DNA of 64,000 bases, taken from contig CAVWPA010000003.1 of the NCBI GenBank assembly GCA_963756875.1, positions 672,001 to 736,000 on the forward strand, read 5' to 3'. Positions within the stretch are counted from its first letter, which is position 1, and each line of letters starts with the position of its first letter. Made by a program: the position numbers and the translations under genes. The notes beneath the pieces were generated by a model, which searched no databases, had not been told where the DNA came from, and saw nothing but the letters and a program-made list of their open reading frames with translations. The stretch is from an uncultured Verrucomicrobiae bacterium. Its GTDB lineage: Bacteria > Verrucomicrobiota > Verrucomicrobiia > Chthoniobacterales > UBA10450. Shown here piece after piece: positions 42,357-52,642 of this stretch.

Positions 42357-43714
42357 TGCGAACCAAGCACAGCGTTTGACGGCAGATAGCGACCCGAGGC
42401 GATCTCCAGCGCGGTGCGCGCCTCGAGCAATTGTTCCTCCAGTTTGATCAACTGAATCCGTTTTTGCAGCAAATTGCTTCTCGCGGTGTAATAGCTGAGC
42501 ACATCGAAGTTGCTCTGTTCGATCGCCTTCTGCGCGGAATCGACAAGCCTTTCCAGAACAGGCAAAGCCTCTTCCGCCGCGGCGATTTGCCGGTCTAACG
42601 AACGAATGTCCGCAATGGCCACGGCAATATCGGAACGCGCTTCGAACACCCGCTGGTCGTATTCGTCACGCAATCGCTGCCTGGTTGCGCGCTCCGTCTC
42701 GATGACTCCCTGGTTGCGATCGAAAATCGGCACCTCGGCGGTGATGTTGAATCCATCGCTTTGCACGTTGGTATTGTCCTTGGCGTGCACGAACGCCAGC
42801 GACATTCTCGGGAAGCTCGCGAGAATGGCTGCGCGCACCGTCGCATCCTGGCTCTGGTACCCTTCGCGCAGCCCGAGCAGATCGAGCCGCCGCGATTCGA
42901 TGTTCGCAACCAAATCGCGCTCATCGGGCGGATCGAGATGTCGCGGCAGTTTCAGCCCCTTTCGCAAGGCAACGTTCGTTTGCGGTTCCACTCCCAGGAT
43001 TTTGTTCAAACCAAGCCGCTGCTTTTCAAATTCCTGCTCAAGAGAAAGCATAATCCCCCGCGAGTCCTGGCTGGCCGATTCGACTGCGGCCAGTTCAAGC
43101 ACTGTTTTCTCGTGCGCATCGACCGCTTTGCGCATGGTGTCCGCGCTTTCCTGCAACCCGCGGTTTGCCTCGCGCGCGCGGGACGATTCCCTGTCCAGGG
43201 CGACAACGCGATAAACGCCGGTGCGTGCGTTCTCCGCCACCTGCCATTCCTGCCATGCAATGTCGAGATCGACTGAGCCGAGATTTTTTCGGGCGGCCTT
43301 TCGTTTGGGCAGAAATGGAATGAGCGCGGTGAATTCCCAGCCGGCAGCGAAGTTATAAGCGGTCGTTGTACCGGCCGTGTTGCCGCCTGTGACGTAATCG
43401 CGTCCGTAAGAGACAATCACGTTCGGCAGAACTCCGGCCTGGACCAGTTGCGCGATTGCCAGCCCGCGCCGGTCGCGAATCGTTCGCAACGCAGGGTTCG
43501 AATAGAGCGCAAGGCTGGCTGCTTCATCCGGGCCGATGCCGTGACGAAGATCGACAACCTGCGGTGGAATCTCAGCGCTGTGAATACGCCACGCGGGAAT
43601 TCGCAGCGCCTCCGCCGCGGCGTTGGGAAACGGCCGCTCCGGCCAGGCGCATGTTGTCGATGCAAGAAGAAAGACAAATGCGATCTTGGCCGGATTTTTC
43701 GTTAAGCAGCGCAC
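42353..43714 (-). CDS. TolC-family outer membrane factor
   Basis: ALYSNPAL, RRLDL, VPIFDRNQG; first gene of the RND operon. Confidence 0.88.
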   Translation of the reverse strand: MRCLTKNPAKIAFVFLLASTTCAWPERPFPNAAAEALRIPAWRIHSAEIPPQVVDLRHGIGPDEAASLALYSNPALRTIRDRRGLAIAQLVQAGVLPNVIVSYGRDYVTGGNTAGTTTAYNFAAGWEFTALIPFLPKRKAARKNLGSVDLDIAWQEWQVAENARTGVYRVVALDRESSRAREANRGLQESADTMRKAVDAHEKTVLELAAVESASQDSRGIMLSLEQEFEKQRLGLNKILGVEPQTNVALRKGLKLPRHLDPPDERDLVANIESRRLDLLGLREGYQSQDATVRAAILASFPRMSLAFVHAKDNTNVQSDGFNITAEVPIFDRNQGVIETERATRQRLRDEYDQRVFEARSDIAVAIADIRSLDRQIAAAEEALPVLERLVDSAQKAIEQSNFDVLSYYTARSNLLQKRIQLIKLEEQLLEARTALEIASGRYLPSNAVLGSQ

Positions 43715-43782
43715 GTTGGCTGAATGATACGACGGAGTACGTTTTCGTCGCGCGGAGAACAGAGGCCGCTGTGCGTTATAGT

Positions 43783-44139
43783 TTAGGGTTTCTTCTGGTC
43801 CGCGGCTGCTTCATTCGCCTGGTCCTGTGGTGTTTCGATCTGCACACTCGCGATCTTGCCGGTCTTCGCATCTACCTGCACCTCGGTGATGTTCTTCGAA
43901 TGCGGCATGGCAATGTCGAATGACCAGATCAGTTTGCCGTGTTCTTTCTCAAGTTCAGCGGCCTTGACGGTGCCATTAGGCACTTTGGCCAGCGCGGTGG
44001 TTTGGGCTTCGGCTTTGGTGATCTTGGCCTGGGCTTGCAATTGGGCCTCTGTCTCGCCCGCGGCAAGTAAAGGAGAAGCCATGAGGCCGGCGACCGCGAT
44101 GGCGGCGACGGCGATTGTGACGTGGAGTTTGGTTTTAAT
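43783..44139 (-). CDS. PepSY-domain periplasmic protein (signal peptide begins at an ATT codon)
   Basis: KITKAEAQTTALAKVPNG..ELEKEHGKLIW..EVQVDAKTGKI; upstream in-frame (I)KTKLHVTIAVAAIAVAGL. Confidence 0.85.
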   Translation of the reverse strand: MKTKLHVTIAVAAIAVAGLMASPLLAAGETEAQLQAQAKITKAEAQTTALAKVPNGTVKAAELEKEHGKLIWSFDIAMPHSKNITEVQVDAKTGKIASVQIETPQDQANEAAADQKKP

Positions 44140-44252
44140 GAATGCAGTCTAAGCGCCAAAGCTGTCGGTTTGCCCGTGGTTGAGGTTACAACTTTGTTAT
44201 TTTCCACCCGGCGTCTCGCTTCGCTGCGCGTTTTCGATTATCGTTGTACGCC

Positions 44253-44927
44253 ATGCGCATTCTGGTGGTGGAAGATGAAAAGAAACTGGCGACTTTTTTG
44301 CGCAAAGGACTGGTGGAAGAGAGACTGACTGTTGATCTCCTGCACGACGGAGATGAAGCGCTCGAACAAATTCTGACGCGACCTTATGACGCGATCATCC
44401 TGGATATCATGCTGCCGCACCGCGACGGCTTGAGCATTCTGGGCGAGATGCGGCGACAACATAACAACACGCCGGTGCTTCTGCTCTCCGCCCGTGGCAA
44501 CGTCAACGAGCGCGTGGAAGGGCTCAACCTGGGCGCGGATGATTATTTACCGAAGCCATTTTCCATCAGCGAAGTCGTGGCACGCGTGCGAGCATTGTTG
44601 CGCCGGGCTTCCGGCGAACACGCGACCCTGATGCAGGTGGGCGATTTGTCACTGAACGTCGTCAACCGGGAAGCGATGCGTGGTGGGGTGAAGGTCGACC
44701 TGACCAATCGCGAATTCGCATTGCTGGAATACCTAATGGCCCATGCCGGCCGCGTTGTCACCAAGACCGCGCTCTGCGAACATGTGTGGGAACACCATTT
44801 CGATACCGGTACCAACGTGGTTGAGGTCTGCATCCAACGATTGCGGCGGAAGATCGACGAAGGCCATGAAAGCAAGCTCCTGCAGACGATCCGCGGCGCC
44901 GGTTACGCGCTCCGGGCAGGCGAATGA
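44253..44927 (+). CDS. OmpR-family response regulator (CusR/CzcR-like)
   Basis: RILVVEDE, LDIMLP, GADDYLPKPF, TIRGAGY. Confidence 0.95.
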   Translation: MRILVVEDEKKLATFLRKGLVEERLTVDLLHDGDEALEQILTRPYDAIILDIMLPHRDGLSILGEMRRQHNNTPVLLLSARGNVNERVEGLNLGADDYLPKPFSISEVVARVRALLRRASGEHATLMQVGDLSLNVVNREAMRGGVKVDLTNREFALLEYLMAHAGRVVTKTALCEHVWEHHFDTGTNVVEVCIQRLRRKIDEGHESKLLQTIRGAGYALRAGE

Positions 44928-46339
44928 AAAAAATCAGAACGCTGCGCGGGCGAGTGACTCTCTGGTCCGCCGGCATCGTCACGGCGGCGCTGGTTTTATT
45001 TGGCGCCGGCGCTGCCTGGAATCTTCGGCAGGAACTCATTGAAAACATCGACAATGAGATTCAAACCGAAGCGCGAGATTTCTTTAAGGGAATCCAGCGG
45101 CAAAGCGTGGATTGGAACGACCCGAGAAGTGTCGAATCGCTCTTCGATCAATCGAAGCGCTTTCATTACGTGGAAATACACGACGCTTCGGGGCGCCTGC
45201 TCTATCGCTCGCCTAACCTCGAAAACCAGGAAGTGTTTTCGACTGAGCCAAGCGGGAAGCTGAACAATGTCGATTGGAACGGCCGCACGCTTCGCTTCGG
45301 TGTATTCCAAAGGGAGGGAATCACTCTAACACTTGGAAAAAGTCTCGAGGAAACGAGCGAAACGTTAATCGAGCTGGCATCCGCTTATCTGTTCGCATTA
45401 CCGCTCGTCGTCGTCGCGGTCGGAGTTGGCAGTTGGTGGATCGCCCATCGCGCCGTCAATCCGGTCAAACTTATCGCAGCGCGGGCCGCGAAAATTTCGG
45501 CGTCCGATTTGCACCAGCGCCTTCCCGAATCTTCGGCACAAGACGAGATCGCGCATCTTACGCGCGTGTTGAACGCAATGTTTGACCGCTTGCAACGAAG
45601 CTTCGAGCAGGTCACACGATTTACGTCTGATGCGTCTCACGAATTGAAGATGCCGCTGGCGGTGATGCGCGCGGAAGCGGAAATGGCGTTCGACTCGCCC
45701 GATCTCGCACCAGTTCAACGCGAGGTGCTCTCGGATTTAATCGAACAGTGCACCCAGCTCTCACAAATTGTGGACGGTCTTCTTTTTCTCTCGCGAGCTG
45801 ATGATCGCCGTCTCGCCGTCGAGCAGGATCCGGTCGATTTGGTCGCCATGGTGCGTGAGCTGACCGAGGACGCGGAAATTCTGGCCGCGCAATCGACTCT
45901 TAACCTCGAGTACAAGATGCCGGCGGAGCTTTTTATGCCTGGTGATCTTCGGCTTCTGCGGCGGGCCGTGATGAACCTGATCGACAATGCGATTAAGTAT
46001 AACATTCCCGGCGGGACGGTGGTTTTATCGGTATCGCTTAACGGAGAGAACGCCCGGATCAGCATTCGGAACACAGGCGCCGGCATCCCGCCCGAGGCCC
46101 AGGATCGAATCTTTCACCGGTTTTACCGGAGCGATTTATCGCACAATCAAAGCACACCCGGCCATGGACTTGGGTTAAGCATTGCGCGGGAGATTGCGCA
46201 GGCGCACGGCGGCGATGTCGTGCTGGTGCAATCGGATTCGCACTGGACGGAGTTTTCTCTTCTGTTGCCGGTAATGGGCATGCGCACCGAGACTGGCAAG
46301 TCCAATGAAGCAGCTGCGCCAGATCGACAATTCGAGTAG
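44924..46339 (+). CDS. Sensor histidine kinase (CusS-like)
   Basis: 2 TM + HAMP, DASHELKMPL, NLIDNAIKYN, GLGLSI. Confidence 0.95.
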   Translation: MKKIRTLRGRVTLWSAGIVTAALVLFGAGAAWNLRQELIENIDNEIQTEARDFFKGIQRQSVDWNDPRSVESLFDQSKRFHYVEIHDASGRLLYRSPNLENQEVFSTEPSGKLNNVDWNGRTLRFGVFQREGITLTLGKSLEETSETLIELASAYLFALPLVVVAVGVGSWWIAHRAVNPVKLIAARAAKISASDLHQRLPESSAQDEIAHLTRVLNAMFDRLQRSFEQVTRFTSDASHELKMPLAVMRAEAEMAFDSPDLAPVQREVLSDLIEQCTQLSQIVDGLLFLSRADDRRLAVEQDPVDLVAMVRELTEDAEILAAQSTLNLEYKMPAELFMPGDLRLLRRAVMNLIDNAIKYNIPGGTVVLSVSLNGENARISIRNTGAGIPPEAQDRIFHRFYRSDLSHNQSTPGHGLGLSIAREIAQAHGGDVVLVQSDSHWTEFSLLLPVMGMRTETGKSNEAAAPDRQFE

Positions 46340-46583
46340 CGCTCGCGTGGCTCTTCGCTTTTACGAACGCTTTCGTGAACGCTGAAACAGCTTTCCGTGT
46401 TCGTTCTCGATTTCTGCGCTCTTGAATTTTTCTGCGCGGCACTTTTTGAAGCCGCGATCCCGGCCCAAAAAGTTTGCCCAATTGTCACGTTCCCGCCATC
46501 TGGCTGTAACAATCGGCTTCTAGCGTCCGCGGTTAAAAGGAACTGTCGCAGGCAACCGAACCCTAACCACAAAAGGAGAAACT

Positions 46584-48146
46584 ATGTTTACAAAGAAGTT
46601 CGTACTACGGGCAGCGGGCGCAAGCCTGGCTGCGGCCATTTCACTCGGGATCCAACCGGCCCGCGCGGAAACATCTGAAGCCGAGCGACTCGCGCGCCTC
46701 GAGAGCGCGGTCAATCAACTGCAGAAGGAGAACAGCGAGCTCAAAAAAGAAGTGAGCAGCTTGAAGAAACAGGCCGCCGCCGGACCGGCGATCCCCGCGG
46801 AAGGCCCGACGAAGACACAGGTCACTTACGATGGAAAAACGTACGTCGAAAAAACTGTTCCCATTGAAAAGAGCAGTGCCGAAAAGTGGAAATTATTTGG
46901 ACCGCTAACCGAGCTCGAGCTCTACGGCGATGCTCGGGTGCGTTATGAATACCGCGGTGGCCAGCTGCCTTCAGACGGCCGCAACCCAAACGATTGGTAC
47001 GAGCGCAAGCGCGAGCGCTATCGTCTGCGCATCGGGCTCAAGGGGAAATTGACGGACGACTGGTTTTTCGGCGTGCGCTTGGAAACGAGCACCAACCCCC
47101 GCTCGACCAACGTGACCTTTGGCGATGATTCGGGGCCATTCGGGAAGTCGAGCGATTCGATCAATGTTGGTCAGGCTTATCTCGGGTATCGCGGTTTTCC
47201 CGGCGTCACTTTGACCGCCGGCAAAATGGGGAACCCGTTCGTAAACACGCTTATGGTATGGGACGGGGACATCAATCCGGAAGGACTCGCCGAACAATGG
47301 AAGCACACGTTTAGTATCGGCGGCGGCGAACCGGCGCCGCAGACCTACAGCAAGGATGGCACAGCCCTGGCCGGCGCACCGCCCGCGGAACCAACGCTAA
47401 AAATCGACCTCTTCGCCAACTTCGGGCAATTCGTTTACGACGACGCGAACCCGGAAAATCCAATCGGGCCGCGGCCAACGACGAGCGCAAACGGCCCGAA
47501 CCAGCTGGTTCCCAACACCGACGCGTTTATGCTCGGCTGGCAGGTCGGAGCAAAGTTCACCTTCCCGAAGAAGTTCTACTTCCAAATCGCGCCAACGATT
47601 TACAATTACACCGGGAACGGCGACTCGTTTAATGTTCATTTCCAAGGCGACAACGCCGCTACAAACCAGACCGGAATCAATAGTCTGCTCGTTTACGACA
47701 TGCCGGCGGAATTCGGCTGGAAGGTTGGCAATCTGCCAATGCGAATCTTCGGCGATTTCGCCGTGAATCTCAACGGAGGCGACCGCGCGACAGCGGCTGG
47801 GCACCCCGGCTATGGCGACCAGCGCTATGCCTATCAAGCCGGCGTGGGGATCGGTCAGCTCAAGAAAAAGAACAATTGGCAGCTGAACGCTTTCTGGCAA
47901 CACACCGACCAGTATGCACTCGACCCGAACCTGGTTGATTCGGACATTTTCGACGGCCGCGTAAACATGGAAGGCGTCGTTTTGCAAGGTGGTTACATGT
48001 TGAGCGACGCGATTGTTTTCAACCTCACTTACGCTTACGCCTGGCGGATTGATAATGCCCTCGGCACTGGCGGCACCGGGGACCTCAGTCTCAACCCCGT
48101 CGATCAGTACCAACTGTTTCAAGCGGACCTGAGCGTCAAATTCTAG
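46584..48146 (+). CDS. Putative outer-membrane porin
   Basis: AAGGAG SD, signal peptide, coiled coil, GDARVRYE...RERYRLRIG, C-terminal ADLSVKF. Confidence 0.85.
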   Translation: MFTKKFVLRAAGASLAAAISLGIQPARAETSEAERLARLESAVNQLQKENSELKKEVSSLKKQAAAGPAIPAEGPTKTQVTYDGKTYVEKTVPIEKSSAEKWKLFGPLTELELYGDARVRYEYRGGQLPSDGRNPNDWYERKRERYRLRIGLKGKLTDDWFFGVRLETSTNPRSTNVTFGDDSGPFGKSSDSINVGQAYLGYRGFPGVTLTAGKMGNPFVNTLMVWDGDINPEGLAEQWKHTFSIGGGEPAPQTYSKDGTALAGAPPAEPTLKIDLFANFGQFVYDDANPENPIGPRPTTSANGPNQLVPNTDAFMLGWQVGAKFTFPKKFYFQIAPTIYNYTGNGDSFNVHFQGDNAATNQTGINSLLVYDMPAEFGWKVGNLPMRIFGDFAVNLNGGDRATAAGHPGYGDQRYAYQAGVGIGQLKKKNNWQLNAFWQHTDQYALDPNLVDSDIFDGRVNMEGVVLQGGYMLSDAIVFNLTYAYAWRIDNALGTGGTGDLSLNPVDQYQLFQADLSVKF

Positions 48147-48213
48147 GAAATATTCCGGGGCGCGGATTCAATCTTACAAATATTCAGTCCGATTCAGCAA
48201 GGCAACTGGTTAG

Positions 48214-48258
48214 GTCAGAAAAAGCCCGCCGGGGATGCGCCTCGGCGGGCTTTCTGAC
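48214..48258. terminator. Probable intrinsic (bidirectional) terminator
   Basis: AAAGCCCGCCGGGG-ATGCG-CCTCGGCGGGCTTT hairpin ~70 nt after the porin stop. Confidence 0.7.
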
Positions 48259-48419
48259 GTTGGCTGCAGGACGACCGGGAGGACGTCGTCCGAAAAATCG
48301 CCAGGAAGTCTCGCAAAGGCACGCGGATCGTTTAGACTTCGCGTATCCATGATGATGCCGGCCAGACTTTACCGCGCACGCAGCGACAATGCGGTGCAGC
48401 GAATGACCGCTTCCGGCAC

Positions 48420-48758
48420 ATGAAACGAAAAACCAGGCGCCGCGGGAAACGACCGTCCGAGCCGCGTGAAGCTTCCCCGCTGACCATGCTGGACTCGGAA
48501 CTGCAGAGGCTGCGCCGGGACCTTCGTGCAACCGCGCAAGCGTACGTCGCGCGACTTGAAGCCGACCTGCGCGCCGCAGCAGCCGTGATCAGGTCGTTCG
48601 AACCGGTTGAAAAGCTTTCGCGCGAGCAGCTTCATCAAATCCGCGATCTCACAATCGAGCTGCGCAAACCCAAGCTCAAACCGGAGAAAGGCCGCCGTAA
48701 AGATTTGCGCAGGATCGATTCGTTAATTTCCGATCTGCACTCAGCGGTGACGGAATAA
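48420..48758 (+). CDS. Hypothetical basic helical protein
   Basis: 112 aa ORF filling the intergenic gap; no family recognised. Confidence 0.6.
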   Translation: MKRKTRRRGKRPSEPREASPLTMLDSELQRLRRDLRATAQAYVARLEADLRAAAAVIRSFEPVEKLSREQLHQIRDLTIELRKPKLKPEKGRRKDLRRIDSLISDLHSAVTE

Positions 48759-48814
48759 AGTTAAAAGGTGAGGCCGCGCCGTTGTAATTTTGTAACGGTT
48801 TTAACTTTTTTTAA
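48752..48814. repeat. AT-rich GTTAAAA/TTTTAAC element, copy 1
   Basis: GGAATAAAGTTAAAAGG...TTGTAACGGTTTTAACTTTTT. Confidence 0.8.
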
Positions 48815-49098
48815 ACGTCGTTCGCTTCGGCGGCGGCCATGCCCGCCATCATCGCGGCTGCTTCCGCAGATGTGCGCACGGGAACGATCTCGAAATCCAT
48901 CAAGTCGCGCCAGTTATCGATCCATCGATCCAGCAGCGCGAAGTCGTCGGTCTGCATCAGTTGCCAGCAGGTTTTGAAATCGTGATCAATCCAGCTGGAG
49001 ACGTAAGATAATCCGTCCGGCATCATCCTTCCTTTTTCCCGGAGGCGGCGATAAATCGCGGGCGCGTCCTTGAAGCGTTCGATCACCATGTAGAGCAT
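48811..49098 (-). CDS. DUF3303-like small protein
   Basis: MLYMVIERF, KGRMMPDGL, CWQLM, WRDLMDFEIVPV. Confidence 0.75.
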   Translation of the reverse strand: MLYMVIERFKDAPAIYRRLREKGRMMPDGLSYVSSWIDHDFKTCWQLMQTDDFALLDRWIDNWRDLMDFEIVPVRTSAEAAAMMAGMAAAEANDV

Positions 49099-49185
49099 GG
49101 AATAACAGTTAAAAGGGTTACAAAGTTACATCGTTAAAAAAGGCAGAGCCGTTCTAAACCTTGTAACGGTTTTAACTTTTTAACT
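49099..49185. repeat. AT-rich GTTAAAA/TTTTAAC element, copy 2
   Basis: GGAATAACAGTTAAAAGG...TTGTAACGGTTTTAACTTTTTAAC. Confidence 0.8.
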
Positions 49186-50367
49186 ATTTCTGAGTTCTTC
49201 GTTGGTTTCGGCGAAGGCGTTCACCGCGAATTCCAGATCTTCGCGCGAATGCGCGGCCGAGACCTGCGTGCGGACGCGCGCAGTGCCGTGCGGCACGACC
49301 GGATAGAAGAAGCCGATGACGTAAACGCCCTTCTCCAGCATGCGCGTGGCGAACTTTTGCGACTTGGCGGCGTCGCCGATCATGATTGGAACAATGGGAT
49401 GCGTGCCCGGTTTGATCGTCAGGCCGCGTTCGGTCAGGGCGGCACGAAAATATGTCGTGTTCTCTTCCAGCTTGTCGCGCAATTCGGTCGACGCGCTGAG
49501 CATCTCCAGCGCTTTCAAGCAGGCGGCAACGATTGGCGGAGCGATGGTATTTGAAAAAAGATACGGGCGCGAGCGTTGCCGCAGAAGATCGACAATTTCC
49601 TTGCGTCCGCTGGTGAATCCGCCGCTGGCGCCGCCGAGCGCTTTGCCAAGCGTGCCGGTGATAATGTCGATCTTCCCCATGACACCACGGTATTCGTGCG
49701 TGCCGCGGCCTGTTTTACCGAGAAATCCGGTGGCATGCGCATCGTCGATCATGGTGAGCGCGTCGTATTTGCCCGCGAGATCGACGATCTCCTTCAGGTT
49801 CGCGATTGTCCCGTCCATCGAGAAACAGCCGTCCGTAGCGATTAGTTTAAAACGGATATCTTTGGCTTCCTTGAGCTTCGCTTCGAGATCGGCCATGTCG
49901 TTGTGCTTGTAGCGAAAACGTTGCGCTTTGCAGAGCCGGATGCCGTCGATGATCGATGCGTGGTTCAGCTCATCGCTGATGATTGCATCTTTTTCAGTCA
50001 GCAACGTTTCGAATAGCCCGCCATTCGCATCGAAGCAGGAGGGGTAAAGAATTGTCTCCTCGGTTCCAAGAAATTTTGTCAGCGCGGCTTCGAGTTTCTT
50101 GTGAATGTCCTGTGTCCCGCAAATGAAACGGACGCTGGCCATGCCAAACCCGTGCGTGTCGAGAGCTTCTTTGGCAGCGGCGATGAGAGCGGGATGATCG
50201 GCCAGCCCGAGATAATTGTTTGCACACATATTGAGGACGCGTTTGCCGTCGGCCACGGCGATATGGGCATCCTGCGGGCTGGTGATGATGCGCTCGGTTT
50301 TGTAAAGACCCTGGGACTTTATCTCCTCAAGTGTGCCTAAAACTTGCTTTTTAAATTCGGCCAGCAT
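49180..50367 (-). CDS. kbl: 2-amino-3-ketobutyrate CoA ligase (glycine C-acetyltransferase)
   Basis: [44 protein letters not shown] 50367. Confidence 0.96.
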   Translation of the reverse strand: MLAEFKKQVLGTLEEIKSQGLYKTERIITSPQDAHIAVADGKRVLNMCANNYLGLADHPALIAAAKEALDTHGFGMASVRFICGTQDIHKKLEAALTKFLGTEETILYPSCFDANGGLFETLLTEKDAIISDELNHASIIDGIRLCKAQRFRYKHNDMADLEAKLKEAKDIRFKLIATDGCFSMDGTIANLKEIVDLAGKYDALTMIDDAHATGFLGKTGRGTHEYRGVMGKIDIITGTLGKALGGASGGFTSGRKEIVDLLRQRSRPYLFSNTIAPPIVAACLKALEMLSASTELRDKLEENTTYFRAALTERGLTIKPGTHPIVPIMIGDAAKSQKFATRMLEKGVYVIGFFYPVVPHGTARVRTQVSAAHSREDLEFAVNAFAETNEELRNS

Positions 50368-50549
50368 CTTGAATGGCAGATTACGCGGATTTAAACCGAT
50401 AGCCAAAGAAGGAATTTGAAATGAGAGCCACCGCAAGCGGGGGGACGAAGTCCGGCGACAACTGTTTTTGTGGACCTCGTATTAACATTTGTCCGAAAAA
50501 TCCCTTGCCAGCCTGTGAATAACTAGTTAATAACTTCCCGGCGATTACC

Positions 50550-51300
50550 TTGACCCACGCTGAACTTCGCAGCCTTGCCCTGGCCGTTCTCGCGGCTTTC
50601 ATCGCAATCATTCTCGCTTCGTGCGAAACGACTTCGCGCGCTTTGCCGCAGTACCGAAGCCGCTCTGACAAAGACCGAATTTCAGAACGTTCGCACCACG
50701 GCCTACACCGACACAGAGGCCGACCACCGACCGTACAGCAATCACAACGCATTGGGCGGCGAGCTTCACGCGGCCGGGCCGGCGATCCATCGCGCTGAGA
50801 ATGTCGCGCCGGCGATTGCGGTCGGTCTCGAGGAGCAATCGGATTATCAGCGTGTGTCGAACTCCGGCGTGCGGCTGCAGCCCTTTTCCGCCGAAGAGCG
50901 AACGACTACGACGCGCGTGACAACAAGACGCGCAACCAGAACGAGACGCGGTGCGAGACGCGCCGGGGCGGTTTCAAGAACGCCGCGCATCGGGAGCGCC
51001 GCTGCCGATTGGTCGCGCTGGCCGGTGGGAACGACGTTCCGGTTGCTCTCGACCGGGCAAGTTTATCGCGTTGACGATTACGGCTGGGCGCTAAGCGGCC
51101 GTAACACGATCGACCTCTACATGGCCAACCAGCGCGAAATGAATTCGTGGGGCGCGCGGCAGGAACCGATCCAGATTCTGAAATGGGGCGATCCGGGACA
51201 AAGCCTGCAGTTCCTCCAATCGCACCAGAACTACAAGCACATCAAACGGATGGTGCTCGAGCTCGAAGGCCGCGACCGGGAAGCCGCCGCGCTGCAATAG
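50550..51300 (+). CDS. 3D-domain (DPBB, MltA-like) lipoprotein, apparent +1 frameshift at ~50655
   Basis: Lipobox LASC in one frame; VRTTAY, AAADW..PVGT, VDDYG, IDLY in the next. Confidence 0.78.
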
Positions 51301-51362
51301 CCGCCTGCAACTTGTTGCGGTCCCCGCTTAAGGGGAGTCCGGACGCATATGATCCTCTGGAA

Positions 51363-51426
51363 ATCCGCGGTATCCGTGTAATCCGCGGTTATTTTGAGAG
51401 ATCCTTCGACTTCGCTCAGGATGACA
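51363..51426. repeat. 9-mer tandem (ATCCGCGGT) plus GTCATCC-family half element overlapping the tdh stop
   Basis: ATCCGCGGT ATCCGTGTA ATCCGCGGT ... GAGATCCTTCGACTTCGCTCAGGATGACA. Confidence 0.6.
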
Positions 51427-52468
51427 GAGGGCTCCAATCGAGGACGATTTTGCCGGAGTTGCCGGATTTCATCAGCTCGATGGCTTCCTTGAACTGCGTG
51501 TAGGGAAACCGGTGAGTGATGACCGGCGAGATATCGAGGCCGGACTGGATAAGCGCGGTCATTTTGTACCAGGTCTCGTACATCTCGCGACCGTAAATTC
51601 CCTTGATGGTGAGCTGGTTGAACACAACCAGGTTCCAGTCGATCGCAGCGCTGCCGGGCATGATGCCTAACAAAGCGATTTTTCCGCCGTGAAACATATT
51701 CGGCAGGATGTCGGCGAATGCTTTTGGATTGCCGGACATTTCCAGCGCCACGTCGAAGCCTTCTTTCATGCCGAGTTTTTGCATGGCCTCCGGCACATTC
51801 TGGCTGCGCACGTCGACGCCCACAACATTCGGCGCCATTTTACGGGCGAGATCGAGACGATACGGATTGACGTCGGTGATAACGACGTGCCGCGCGCCGG
51901 CGTGCTGGCAAATCGGAATCGCCATGCAACCGATGGGCCCGGCGCCGGTGATGAGCACATCTTCGCCGACGAGATCGAACGTGAGCGCGGTGTGCACGGC
52001 GTTGCCCAGCGGATCGAAACAGGAGAGTACATCGAGCGAAATCGACGGATCGGCATGCCAGCAGTTTGATTGCGGGATGGCCACGAACTCCGCAAAGGCG
52101 CCGGGGCGATTCACGCCTACGCCCTGTGTATTTGGGCAAAGATGCCGCCGGCCGGCGAGGCAATTGCGGCAATGTCCACAGGTGATATGACCTTCGCCAA
52201 CCACGAGATCGCCGGACGCGAAGCCTTTGACATGGTCGCCCACGGAGTCGACCACGCCGACGAATTCATGGCCAATGGTCATGGGGACGGGGATGGTTTT
52301 CTGCGCCCAGGCGTCCCAGTTATATATATGTACGTCCGTGCCGCAGATCGACGTTTTCACGACGCGGATGAGGACGTCGTCGCCATCGGCCCTGGGAACC
52401 GGGACATCCTCGAGCCAGAGCCCCGGCTCGGCTTTCGCCTTCACCACGGCTTTCATCGTTTTCTGCAC
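51416..52468 (-). CDS. tdh: L-threonine 3-dehydrogenase
   Basis: [43 protein letters not shown]. Confidence 0.97.
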   Translation of the reverse strand: MQKTMKAVVKAKAEPGLWLEDVPVPRADGDDVLIRVVKTSICGTDVHIYNWDAWAQKTIPVPMTIGHEFVGVVDSVGDHVKGFASGDLVVGEGHITCGHCRNCLAGRRHLCPNTQGVGVNRPGAFAEFVAIPQSNCWHADPSISLDVLSCFDPLGNAVHTALTFDLVGEDVLITGAGPIGCMAIPICQHAGARHVVITDVNPYRLDLARKMAPNVVGVDVRSQNVPEAMQKLGMKEGFDVALEMSGNPKAFADILPNMFHGGKIALLGIMPGSAAIDWNLVVFNQLTIKGIYGREMYETWYKMTALIQSGLDISPVITHRFPYTQFKEAIELMKSGNSGKIVLDWSPLSS

Positions 52469-52507
52469 GACTGGAAGCTAGGCGAATCGGGAACGCAGGA
52501 AAACAGG

Positions 52508-52573
52508 AATTGTAGGGCAACCGTTCCGGTTGCCGTTATGCGGCTGGGCAGGCGACGCGCCCGGCCCACAATT
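52508..52573. repeat. REPIN-like element, GTAGGGCA family copy 2
   Basis: AATTGTAGGGCAACCGTTCCGGTTGCC ... GGCAGGCGACGCGCCCGGCCCACAATT. Confidence 0.88.
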
Positions 52574-52642
52574 GCGCTTCGGATTCAATCTCGCGTGCGT
52601 TCTCCTTGCACGGCGTATGATCATTGGAGATGATTCCGCTGC

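Noticed and set aside
48752..49185. Integron attC cassette
   Set aside because: The palindromes run GTTAAAA...TTTTAAC, the reverse of the attC RYYYAAC...GTTRRRY order, and no integrase is visible
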